A DNA stretch of 63,191 nucleotides, the filler included, from Reclinomonas americana ATCC 50394 (Eukaryota): the NCBI GenBank assembly GCA_048213135.1. It is 12 parts of 12 records of this genome, joined end to end, with 100 filler letters (N's around TTAATTAATTAA, not from the genome) between each part and the next. Parts side by side here need not be neighbours in the genome. Positions count along the whole stretch, not along the records: positions 31,420 to 39,415 come from AFZH01017387.1; positions 39,516 to 41,576 come from AFZH01017388.1; positions 41,677 to 51,919 come from AFZH01017389.1; 9 more parts are not named here. One strand, written 5' to 3'. Positions 36,487-48,171 of this stretch are shown piece after piece. The first letter of the stretch is position 1. Every line of letters begins with the position of its first letter. The notes under the pieces are model-generated. The model made no database searches. It was not told the origin of the DNA and worked only from the letters and a program-made list of their open reading frames with translations. Made by a program: the position numbers and the translations under genes.

Positions 36487-38967
36487 TCAGAGTTCGTCCG
36501 TAGGCGCATGCATCTGCTCGTACTGCTGGTGTTGCTGTGTGGGATCATAGTGCTGCTCCGGCTGCCACTGCTGCTCTTGTGCCTGCGGCCATTCGGGCTC
36601 AGACTCGACCTCTGGCACCGGCTCTGGCACTGGCTCTGGCTCTGGCTCCGGCTCCGGCTCTGCCACTGGTGGTGGTGGCGGTGGTGGTGGTGGTGGCGGA
36701 GTCGGAGGCTGATAGCGCTCGTATTGCTGCTGCACTGGTGGTGGTGGTGGTGGTGGTGGTGGTGGTGGAGGCGGCGGAGGGGGAGCGACAGCAGCTCGCA
36801 GCTTGGCCTCATTCTCGGCCTTGCGCTCGGCGAGGCTCGGGCTGTTCTGCAGCTCTTCGAGGCTGTGCATGAAGCGCACATAGAAGCGCACCTGGCCGGT
36901 ATAGTTCTCAATGTCAATGTGCTCGTTGGCTCTGCACGAGAGCTGTGAGTCTCAGCGACACACACACGAGTCGAACACACAGTCGCCACACGCAACGAGT
37001 GCATCAGCTTGAGGTCGGCGCTGGAGAGCTTGGTCGGCATGAAGCGGAACACATTGGCGCAGACCTTGTGGTAAGAGCGGGCATCGGTGGCGCCCACAGT
37101 GAACGACGGCACGACAAGTGCATCCGAGAACTGCGAGCGAATCTGGCCCGCCAGGTAGAGGAATGCCTGCGAGTCCACGGGCGACATCGCCGGCGGCTCG
37201 TTACTCATGCCTGCAACTCAATCTGGTGAGTCACGGACCCAAAATGAAAAGGAATAAGGAGTCAACATCTCGCAACTCTCCGGCACCAGCTCCACAGTGG
37301 CCGAGGTGAGACCGTAGCGGTCGAGGCTGTGACGAATGTGTGCCAGAGTCGACTTGATGGTCTCTCCCGGCATGGGACGGCAGTTGAAAATCACCTTGCC
37401 CGTCTGCGGCACCACGTTGTACGCGAAGCCACTCTGGATCTGCACCGGCACACAAGTGGTGCGGATCATGGCGTTCAACACACTGTGCACGATTTTTTAC
37501 GTGCGCGTGAGTCGCAACCAGGGCGTCGTCCACCAGCGAGTTGACAAGCACACGCAACTTGTTCTTGGCCAACATGCCACGCACGAGCGGGTCTGTCCAC
37601 CACAGATTGCCCATAATGACACGCTTTGGCAGCGACGACACCATGGCGACCGTGGAGAGGAGCTGCTCCATCAACGGATGCACGGTCGACGGGAACTGAT
37701 CACCGCGCACCGCACGCACAGCCGTGGCCAACATGTCGATGGTGGTCACCGCCTGTGGTTGGGCCGAGTGGCCGCCCTCGGTGACCACCGACACTGCGAC
37801 CGTGACGAATCCCTTTTCCGTGAACGAGACCACTGCAATCGGCTGGCTGACGCCAGGGAACCCATCGGTGGACACCGCACCGCCCTCGTCCAGCACGAGC
37901 TGCACGCGGAGTGAGATCATTGGCGGGGAACATGGTTGTGGATGGCGGAACAGGCAAACCTCAAACTCGATTCCGCGCGACGCGAACAAGTCGGCCATCT
38001 CCTTGGCTCCGGAGCCATTCACTTCCTCGTCGTGACCAAAGGCGAGGTAGATGGTGCGAGCCGGATCGAAGTTTGGCGAGCGGTACAGCAGGTGCTCGAC
38101 GGCCTCCAGCAGACCAATGGCGCTGCCGAGATCGTCCAGCGTGCCTGCGCGACGACAGATGTGAGTGGGGGTGAGAGAGAGTGCGACAAAGAGGAGGAGA
38201 GGCGAATACAACGCACCGCGTCCGTACACCTTGCCATTCTTCACCTCGCCACGCGGCGAGCCCTCCCACTGATGCAGCGTCTCGCTGGCCACCGCGACAG
38301 TGTCCAAGTGCGCAATGAGCAGCACCGGCTTCTTGCCAGCTGCGCAAGCCACAGCAACAACATGAGCCACCACGACCACACACAGGTGCAACGTGAGACA
38401 AGACAACTTGAAAAAACGACCTCCACGAATGCTGTTCCACTTGTAAATCATCGAGTGCTTGCCGCGCAGCGGCAACTCTCGCTGCAGCGTCTGATGCACC
38501 AGCGGGAACGCCTCCTTGATCCACTGCAAGAGACTGTCGAACTTGGCGTCCAGCTCCGGCCCCGGCGCCGAGCTGTCCGTCTGTGCAACACATTTACCAT
38601 CATCATCATCGCACCTCAACTTCGTTTTCCGCAAATCCGACAATGCAGCACACACCTCAAACGAGCACGCCTTGGCCAGTCGCTCCGCCAGTTGCCGACT
38701 GTCGAGTCCATCCAACGGCGCCGACAGTGAGCGCTGCGACACCACCTGTGCAAGCATGTCTCAGACATGACACACACTCGCACGCACGCACACACACGCG
38801 CACGCACACATGGAGAGAGCAGACACTATGAGGCAAGGGAGGGCACACACACACTCAACTGTGTTGTACGCAGGGGGCGAGGCTGTGAGGGCAAAGTACG
38901 TCGACACTCCCAGCAACGCAGTCACGCCCAGAATGATAAGCCACACCAGTGCTTTGACGAGGCCCAT
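36487..38967 (-). CDS. M20 metallopeptidase (Cps1/PM20D1-like) with N-terminal signal anchor and Pro/Glu-rich tail
   Basis: KPVLLIAHLDTV, VYGRGTLDD, LAFGHDEE, VLDEGG, EKG, GGHSAQP, GATDARSY, HSANE; hydrophobic N-terminus MGLVKALVWLIILG. Confidence 0.9.
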
Positions 38968-39121
38968 GATGAGGTTTGGTTGCCACTCAAACACACAGGC
39001 ACACACGATGCTGCGCGCGCGGAACAATGGAAACACACGAAAAAGCGCGCGAAGGCGATGTGGGACAGATGCAATGTGTGCGTGGCTCGCGGTCAGCAGT
39101 TGTGACGCGCAATCATTAATC

Positions 39122-42100
39122 ATGGGCGACTCAGACGACGATGATCATCCCTTCGCGGTGCGCACACTCACACACTCTCTCTATCTCTCGCGCAGAGGTA
39201 CTCATGTTTGCGCGGCACACACAGATGTTCCCCGAGAGGGTGCAAAAGTCGATTGAGAGTCATCTCAATGAGGAGATTGATCGCGTGGTGCTGGATGCAC
39301 GCGAGAAGGTGTGTGCTTCTGTCTCTCTCTCTCTCTCGTGAGTGAGCGAGAGTGTCTGATTGATTTTGAACAACTTGCGTAGAGTGAGGATCTCAAGCGA
39401 CTGGTCGGCACTCGCNNNNNNNNNNNNNNNNNNNNNNNNNNNNNNNNNNNNNNNNNNNNTTAATTAATTAANNNNNNNNNNNNNNNNNNNNNNNNNNNNN
39501 NNNNNNNNNNNNNNNTCGGCGTACAGATACACGGAAGAGTTGGACCGCCTGACGGCCTACCTGGTGCAGCTGGAGAAGCACAATGAGCGTGTGCAGTCGG
39601 AGATTGCTGTGCGCCGTCGTGCCACGTACAAGGCCGAGGAGGAGATGTCGAGTCTGGAGCGACAGAAGCGTGAACAGGATACTCTTATCGACACGTTGCA
39701 GGCTGAGCTGAAGCAGCTGCAGGAGCGCATGGGCTTGTACGAGAGTCAGCTTGCCGCGCAGCGTGGTGAGAAGGACGTCGCGGCACGCACTTTGGCTGAG
39801 GTTTGTGTGACCCCGGGCAACGGTGTGCGGTTTAGTGTCCTGTTTTGGCTGACGACAAGTGTTTTGTGTGTGCGAATAGGCCACGGCAGAGATGGAGGCC
39901 ATTGCATTCGAGAAGCGCCAGCTGCTGCAGCAGTGGAAGAGCTCGCTGATCGGTCTGCAGCGCCGTGACGAGGCCTACAAGGTCACGGAGGATCTCATCA
40001 AGTTGCGTTGTGAGGGAAGTGGCATTTGTACCCTCCGCTTCAACGCCTGACGCTTCTTGTCTTCTTGCGTGTCACAGGAAGCAAAGGGAGGAGGAGCAGT
40101 CGCTGGAGAACGAGCTCCGCGGTCTCTCCAAGGAGACCCAGCGTGAGCACGAGCGCAACAACGAGCTCACCAACTTGCACGAGAAGGTGGTGAACGAGTG
40201 CCAGTACCTGGAGCGCAACATTCAGCAGTACCGCGAGCAGACGCAGGAGGTGCAGGGCAAGTACCGCATGATCAAGCAGAGCCTGGAGACCACCGAGCAG
40301 GAGCTGGAGCGCACCGCATTGGTTTGTCGCTGCCGACAAATCCTTGCTGTCTGATGGAATGGCCCCACTGATTTTTCTCTTTTCTCTCCCGCACAGCATC
40401 GGAAGAAGATGGAGCAGCAAATGGAGGTGCTGGAGAAGGAGACCATGAAGGTTGTGCGCCGCACTCGCGAGATGGAAGACTCGGTGCTGCACATTTTGTC
40501 GGAGGAGACCACGTTGAAGAAGGGCTCGCAGTCCACTCTGCAGCAAATCACCAAGCTCAACAATCAGATTCGCGAAAAGGGTGCGTGGAAAGAAAAAGAG
40601 TCCTTCTCCCCCCGCTGTCGGCTCATGTTTTTTCTTGGTTTACAGACATGGAGGTGCTGGACATTCAGAACGAGTTGGCACGCATTCGCATGGACATTTT
40701 GTCGACGGAGAGCCACAACACGGCTTTGCGAGCGGACCTGCGCGATCTCGAGGTGGAGCTGAGCGACAAGGTTCGTCTCACGTCTGTATGTCTTCTCTTT
40801 GATGCTTGTTGCCTCATCGTGCGTGTCGGCTTGCAGGAGCGAATGGTGGAAAAGATCCAAGTCGAAATCCGCCAGAAGCACGACTCGATTGAGCGCAAGC
40901 AGAAGGATTTGGATCGTCTGAATCGTCGCATGGAGGAGATTATCAAGCAAAAGGGCTCAGTGGAGGAGGCCGAGAACACCGGCCCGCTGGAGATTGCCAT
41001 CTCCGCCCTCAACAAGGCCATCAGCAGCAAGACGCGCGAATCAGACGACCTGCAACGCGAGTGGATTAAGCAGCAGTCGGAGCTCGTGTCGCTGGTCAAC
41101 GAGACCAACGCGCTGAGCGAGGAGTTGCAAGTGGCGCGCAGCGAGCAGACTGTGCTGGAGCAGAAGAAGCGTCGTCTCGACGCACACACTCTCGAGCACC
41201 GTGACGACTGCCGCCGTCTGGATCGCGACATCAACCGCCTGCACTTGGACATGACCAAGATCAACGAGTTGATCTCGCGCAATGCCGCCGCGCAGGAGCG
41301 CCTGCAGGAGAGCAACTTTAACCTGGAGAAGTCGCTGATGAACCGACTGGAGGTGTGTGTGTGTTGGTGGCGAGGGAGACCAGGAGAACACCGCATGGTG
41401 CTTATTCTGCTGTGTGTGTGTGTGTGCGTGTGACAGGAACTCGAACGAGAGGCCTACAGACTGGAGCAGCAGATTGCCGACACGAGCCAGGCCAAGCAGG
41501 ATCTTATTAATCAGGTTGCGTGCGGTGGCTGCGAATGTTGGAGTGTGCTGTGCACTGTGTGCTGACACACGCGTGCNNNNNNNNNNNNNNNNNNNNNNNN
41601 NNNNNNNNNNNNNNNNNNNNTTAATTAATTAANNNNNNNNNNNNNNNNNNNNNNNNNNNNNNNNNNNNNNNNNNNNCGAACTGCCGAGCTGCAAAGAGTG
41701 CAGTCGGAGGCGGCCAAGTACGATCAAGGTTTGTCCACGTCGCCCTCCATGTGTGTGTATGTGTGTGCTTGATGAGGATGCTGACGGTCTGTGCTTTTTT
41801 GTTGCACGCAGACATTCGTGAGGGCTACAGGCTGCAGCGCGAACTCGGCGTGCGCATGCGTGAGCGTGCCAAGGAGGTGGATCAGCTGCGCACCGAGAGC
41901 AAGCGCGAGCGACACGAGTTGATGGAGGTGCAGGCGCTGGTACGTAACAAGAAAAACAAACAAAAACACCTCTTCGTCCCTGCCTGCCTCTCAGACTGAC
42001 GCACACGTGAGCAGAGGACACGTATCATTGATGCCAAGTCACGATCGCAAAAGGTGGCCGAACTGGTGCGTCAGGCCGACGAGGGCGCCTACGAGTACAA

Positions 42101-42375
42101 GACACCAGAGGCGCAGCTGGATCGCGAGTTGGAACGAACAGTTGCGCGATTTTTTCCTGTATCTTTTCCACGCCGGAAAAGCTACTCGTTGCTAACTTGC
42201 TGTCTCCGCGCGTGTGCAGAGAGAACGTCAAGACAGGATGCGACAGTTCTGCCGCGAGCTGGCCGACTCGTACCCGCAAGTGGCCGAGGAGATTTCCCGA
42301 ATTCACGATCTCTATCTCACGCCAACAGAAGACGATCGATACGTGCAGGAGCAGCTGCTTGCACCGGCCATTTGA
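39122..42375 (+). CDS. CCDC40: Axonemal ruler coiled-coil protein CCDC40 (FAP172)
   Basis: SEIAVRRRATYKAEE…KREQDTLIDTLQ; EMEAIAFEKRQLLQQWKSSLIGLQRRDEA; QNELARIRMD; GPLEIAI; WIKQQSELV; spans two linkers. Confidence 0.9.
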
Positions 42376-42496
42376 GGAGCAGTCGGAAGCCACTGTAGCA
42401 CGCCGCAATGTATACATTCAAAGGAAAAAACACCTTGTCCCGCGCGTCGGAGATTCCTCGTCACATACATACGTACGTAGCAATTCAACTCAAAGA

Positions 42497-45400
42497 ATGG
42501 AGGAGCGCAATGCCCGCCAGCTCACTCGCGACTCGATTGCCGCCGACGAGGCAACAGCGTTCCGCGACCAGGTGCCACCGACAGTCGCCGAGCCCGCCAC
42601 CGTGAATGCCTCCAATGAGGTCTCGTATCAGCTGCTGCGCGGCAGCTCGCGCTCCAACTCGCAGTCTCCCGCGCGACAGCGCCCTCTTCTCGTGGCCTCC
42701 TCCACCTCCACACTGGCCCTGGCCGCCGCCAATGCCGCAGCCGCTGCGCATCCGGGAGACGCGCTGCCGCAGACTCTTCACGCGCATGTGCATTCACACT
42801 ACCGACATGAGCACGAGCGCCGAGTGCACCTCTCGCTGCCGCTCTCTGTCAGCAGTGACCACATTGCCTCGGCGGTGTCGGCGGCCGTGACTGCCACGCA
42901 GCTGCCGTCGCCACGCGAGCTGCATCATCCGGAGACCTATGCGCAGTACCGTGCTGCCAGTGGAGGATCGGGACTGCCGTCGGAGTATGCCAGCACGGCG
43001 GTGTATCCGGCTGGTGGCGTTGCTCTGCCCACGCGGCCGCGTCACCGACTGACCAAGATCGTGGCCAGTTGCGCGCTGCTCCTTGTCACTCGAAGAGTTG
43101 TCTCTCCGACTGACTAGTGATGCAGCACTGGGTCCGGCCACCTTCAATCGCGTCGACGAGTTGCTGCTGGCCGGCACCAACGTCATTCGTCTCAACATGT
43201 CGCACACGGACGATCCCACAGTGTTCCACGACCACATTCTCAACATTCGTCAAATGGCCAAGCGACTGGCGGTGCCCGTGGCCATTCTCGGTTTGTGTGT
43301 ATACCAGGCAGTCACATGTATGTACGCCACCGTTGCTGATGGGGTGTGCGTGGCACAGGCGATCTGTGTGGACCAAAGATGCGTACGAATGAGATGATCG
43401 ACCATCAGCCGGTGCCGCTGGAGGTCGGCATGACTGTCGAATTCGCGTTTTCTCGTGAGCACGGTGGTCGTACGGCGGCCGACGCTCCGATCCGTGTGAC
43501 CACGAAACTGCGCGATGTTGTGCGCGATCTTACTGTCGGCCAGGTGCGACAGCAAGCACGCTTTTCAGCCTCTCTCTGTGCTAATCTCGCGTGCCCTCTG
43601 ACAGCGCGTCATGATCGACGACGGCAACATTGTGCTGCGCGTGACGGAGCGTGTCGACGAAACGCTGGTGCGGTGTTTGGTCGTACAGCCGGGAGTGCTG
43701 AAAGATCGCAAGGGCATCAATGGTGCGGTGGAGGAAGTGTTGCTGCCTGCGCTTTTTTTCTCCGAGACTCACTCGCGTCGCAGTGCCCGACATGAAGGTC
43801 GCCATGGCCGCTCTCACAGGTGGGAGTCTCGTGGGAGAAGGGTTTAGAGAAGAAGCAAGTGTCTCACTGTTGAGGTGTGTGTGTGTGAGTGCAGAAAAGG
43901 ACAAGCGCGACGCGGCGTTCCTGCTGCAGTACGACATTGAGTACATTGCGCTGTCGTTTGTGCAGGTGTAGTGGCGGCGCATTCACACCTGGCGCTAGGT
44001 GCACGGCACTCATGATGTGTAACAGGGTCCGGAAGACGTGCAGGATTTGTTGGACTTTATCCAGGAGAAACTGCCGGCCGGGAAGCAGCGGCCGCACATC
44101 ATCTCCAAGATCGAGAAGCCACAGGTGAACGCGTTTCCTCGCAGCGATGCTGCTGCTGCTTGTCACACATAATCGTGCAGGCTCTGGATGTGATTGACGA
44201 AATCATGGCACTGACCGACGGCATCATGGTGGCGCGTGGAGATCTCGGCGTCGAGTGTGCACTCGAGTCGGTGCCAGTGGCGCAAAAGATGCTCATTTCG
44301 CGTGCAAATCGTGCCGGCAAGCCCGTCATTACCGCCACACAGATGCTCGAATCGGTACGCTGAAGCCAGATGCGTGCACTTCATCAGTCGTTTACACGAG
44401 TACTCACTGTGCGCGGCACTCAAGATGATTGAGCACGGATCGCCGACGCGCGCCGAGGTCAGCGATGTGGCAAATGCGGTGCTCGATGGCACCGACGCCG
44501 TCATGTTGTCGGCCGAGTCGGCCACCGGCAAGTTCCCGATTGCTGCCGTCGAAGCGGTTGCGTGCGCAGCACACTCATCAACCACAGCTAGTTTGTGGTG
44601 CACTGACGTGTGCGGCAGATGAATCGCATTGCGCTGGCGGTGGAGGCCAATCTCGACCAGTGGCGCTTGTCTGTGCACAAGATTGAGCCGGTTTGTACAA
44701 AGGAGCGAGATCGCAGTCAGGAGATTGTCACTTTGCTGACTTGCTGACGCGTACAGACGCGCTTTGTGCACCACTCCAGCGACTACTTTCGTGAGAGCAT
44801 CACCCGTGCTGCGTATGCTGCCGCGCATTCGTGAGTCCTTCCTCCAGCTGATGAGTGATTTGTGTCGATTGCTGACAACTCGTGTACGTGGGCCAGCCCG
44901 CCGTGCAACGCGGCCATTGTGTGCTTCTCGGCCAAGGGCGTGACGGCGACGCACTTGTCCAAGCTCAAGCCAACGTGCCCAGTCATTCCGGTGCTGTGCG
45001 ACGAGCATCTCTACAATCGATGTGCTCTGTACTGGTCCCTGTATCCAGGTGAGTACAACAGCAACAACAGTAAGTCATGCCATTTTCTGCTCATTGTCCA
45101 TTCTCCTCGTCGTGATCGTCCAGTGTTGGTGACTCCGAGCACCTCAGTCGACGAGTCGCTCTTCCGTGCCGAGGAGGCCATTCGTGCGCATCACCTGCTA
45201 CAGGAGCAGGATCCGATTGTTTGGTACGCTGCCTCTTGCGTTTGCAACATGAACCCGCATAACTGACTATGTGAAAAAAAAAAGGTGCGCCGGCATCACT
45301 GACTTGGCCGGCCTCAGCAACACGCTGTCGATGTCGTTCTTTGGCGACGCCACTCGCTCACATCACGCCAAGTGCATGTGGACAAAGGCCATCTCGTCGG

Positions 45401-45507
45401 TGCTGAATCACAACCGCGAGCTGCGTGCCTCGCGGACCAACCTCACCGAACTGGCCGCCGCGTCGCCGGTCTCCACGGATGCAGCCGATTCCACCGGCAC
45501 CGAGTGA
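42497..45507 (+). CDS. PYK: Pyruvate kinase with about 180-aa N-terminal extension
   Basis: [96 protein letters not shown]. Confidence 0.96.
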
Positions 45508-45633
45508 GCGAGCGAGACTGCCGATCGATCGATCGCAAGCAGTGTTGTGTTGCACGTGTGAAAAAAGAGAAGAAAAGTGTGTTTACTTGACGAGCGATAG
45601 AGGGAGCGCCGCTGTGAGAAGAGGCAGGTGGTA

Positions 45634-46593
45634 CTAGATCTGCGTCGGCTGCATCGAAGCGTCGCCCGGATTGTACTCGATGGTCGTCCTCGAGTCCTTT
45701 TGTGACTGATACGGGACTGGCTCGCCACCACCCGCCGGGATGGCACGCCAGGCGACAACGCCGAGTGCGCCGGTGGCGGCCTTGATGATTAGATTGATGA
45801 TGGAGATGACCTCGACGAACTGGAAGGTGCGGATGACATTATCCGAGCCCTGTGCATCGCATGCGGTGGGTTCGCCATGAAGACGAACGCGCATGTGGAC
45901 ATAGTACGCGTACCACACACTGCGTCTCGAAGCTGAACGAGCAGCCGTACACAGAGAGCCACGCAATGTCTGCACGAAGGAGGGAGGAGATAAGAATACA
46001 CACAACAGAACTGATTTGATGTCTGCGTCGTCTCACCAAACACCATGTTGCCAAAGAGGAAGCTCCAGAACTGTGATCCCAAGTCAACACACGTGGTCAG
46101 TCAATCGCAGCGAGTGCCAGGTGGCTGAGGGGGAGGGAGTGAGCGAGCGCACCCAAAACATCAGATCCTTGTCTCTGCGCAAGCACACGTGGTCGCAATG
46201 ACGGGGTGAGACTCTTTGGAGAGAGCGTGTGTTATAGTGAGAGGGGTGCAAGAGGGAGAGAGCGTACCGTCGTTTGATGGCCAAGATGCCGACGACGGCA
46301 ATGATGGCAACCGGATCTTATGATCAGAAACGCACATCATCAGTCAACGAATGCTCACCGTGATGCTGCGTCTGTGCGCGTAGACGACAGAGCGCAACAG
46401 AGGCAAGAGAGCGATGGGTGTTAAGGGAGGGAGGGAGGAGTGCGTGCGTGCGTGTTCGGATACGTGTGCGTGCCAGCACGATCTCTGTCACCTCTCTGTG
46501 CGACTCACCGAATCGAGCCAGCGACTCGGCGACCGCAAAGCCGAGGTTGACGTAGGCCAGAATGAGGAGAACGCGAGAGATGCGATCGGTCAT
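45634..46593 (-). CDS. Small multi-pass membrane protein (AGTRAP-like pattern)
   Basis: Exons give three to four TM segments: …DPVAIIAVVGILAIKRR…FWSFLFGNMVFDIAWL…FQFVEVISIINLIIKA; family assignment is tentative. Confidence 0.5.
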
Positions 46594-47168
46594 TGCTGCG
46601 CGAGGAGAGTGACAAGTATAGGGCGGGCGTGACGTCAGATCATCGGTTCAATCAGCGGACCGCGAATATCGGAAGCAACAGCGACGACTCCCCCAGCCCG
46701 TATGGCAGTACTAGCTGCTCTGAGAATGCCACCTCCATGGGGATCCGAGAACAGGAGCCGATCCGATCCGTGTTTGGAGCGAGGAAGGAGAAGAAATTCG
46801 ATGGCCAATATCGATCCCCAAGTCCGTCAGTGGACGTAGGTGAGTTCTGTGCCCGGTCCTTGTGGTCTGACAAGCACGGAAACCAAATAGTCGAATTCTG
46901 GCCGCGATTGCAACTGCCAATCTCGGCTTTGCGATGACTGGACTGCGAAACGGGCACCGTGATCGAATTCGAAGCTTGCGCAGTTTGTGCACGACTTCTC
47001 CCACCAACGCGGAATGCTGGCGATATACGCACCACCGTTGTTTGTTTTTCACCTACAATTGACGCCGGGCGATCCGAGGACTTCGCGACGATTGGTGTCT
47101 CGACCTCGTCCTAGCAATTCTTCCGGATCCGTCGATCGTCCCCAGCAGCACGTCGAGAGAACGCCACC

Positions 47169-48122
47169 ATGTTGCAGTCCACACTCACGGTGGTTGGCAC
47201 GACGCTCTCCGTCACCTCGTTCCTCTCTCCATGGTACGCCACGTGTCGGTGGTTGCTTCTTGTCTGTGTGTGTGTGTGTGTGCTCCGTCCAATCGCGAGA
47301 GCCGTTCCCGCCGGCGCCCCACTCTCTCTCACACACACACCGATCGTCACCACAGTCGCGACATGCAGCAGTGGAGCCAGCATGGTAGGATCGAACAGCG
47401 CACTCCTCTCCTGCCATGGGCCGTGATGCACCTGATGACTCTGCTGTGGACATCGTTTGGGTGAGTGAGTTGGATCGCTCTTCTCTCGTCAAATGCCTCA
47501 ATCTCATGCTTCGACGACAAGTGTGTGGCTGCGCGATCCGGTGGTCATCCTCAGCAACGCCATCGGTGCACTCTCCACCGCCTACTATCTCTACTTGTAC
47601 TGGCGCGGCGCAGAGAGAAAGGTGAAATCCGAGCATCACATCCCCTATTTTCCGATGCCTTACATGCGTCCTTTCGTGTTGTGTGGTGTGCACAGCGACC
47701 CACTGGCGTCGGCGCTATGCTGGTGTGGGCAGTGTGGATTGCGGCACTCGTCGTGGCCAGCTGGCAGGCGAAGCCAACCGCTGCGCTGGGCATGGTGGCC
47801 TCGGCCGTGACACTAGCCCTCAACCTCACGCCGCTCTCACAGCTCGTGCGTCATTTTCCCCACGGCCACCATGCATGCTACTCCTCTCACCTATTTGTGC
47901 GTGGTGCTGCAGCTGGCAATCATTCGCATGCGAGACGCGTCGTCGATCTCACTCACAGGCACCGCCATCAGCCTGGCCGTCAACGCTGTGTGGGGTCTCT
48001 ACGGCACTCTGTACCCCAACTTTTGGATGCAGCTGCCATGCGTGGTCGGTCTGCTTATGTCCAGTGTGCAGGTGGCACTGGTGTATCTGTACCCGGCCGT
48101 TGGCAAGGAGCACGACGAGTGA
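47169..48122 (+). CDS. SWEET (MtN3/saliva) sugar transporter
   Basis: Two MtN3 repeats: FLSP…LPW…LWTSFG…VVILSNAIG and LTPLSQL…IIRMRDASSI…VWGLYG…MQLPCVVG…QVALVYLYP. Confidence 0.85.
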
Positions 48123-48171
48123 AACAACTCACCGCTTGATGTTACACTCTTTTCGCGATCGGCGTGCATCG

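Noticed and set aside
36478..36948. Poly-Trp ORF on + strand
   Set aside because: Antisense reading of the poly-Pro (CCA)n tail of the M20 gene.
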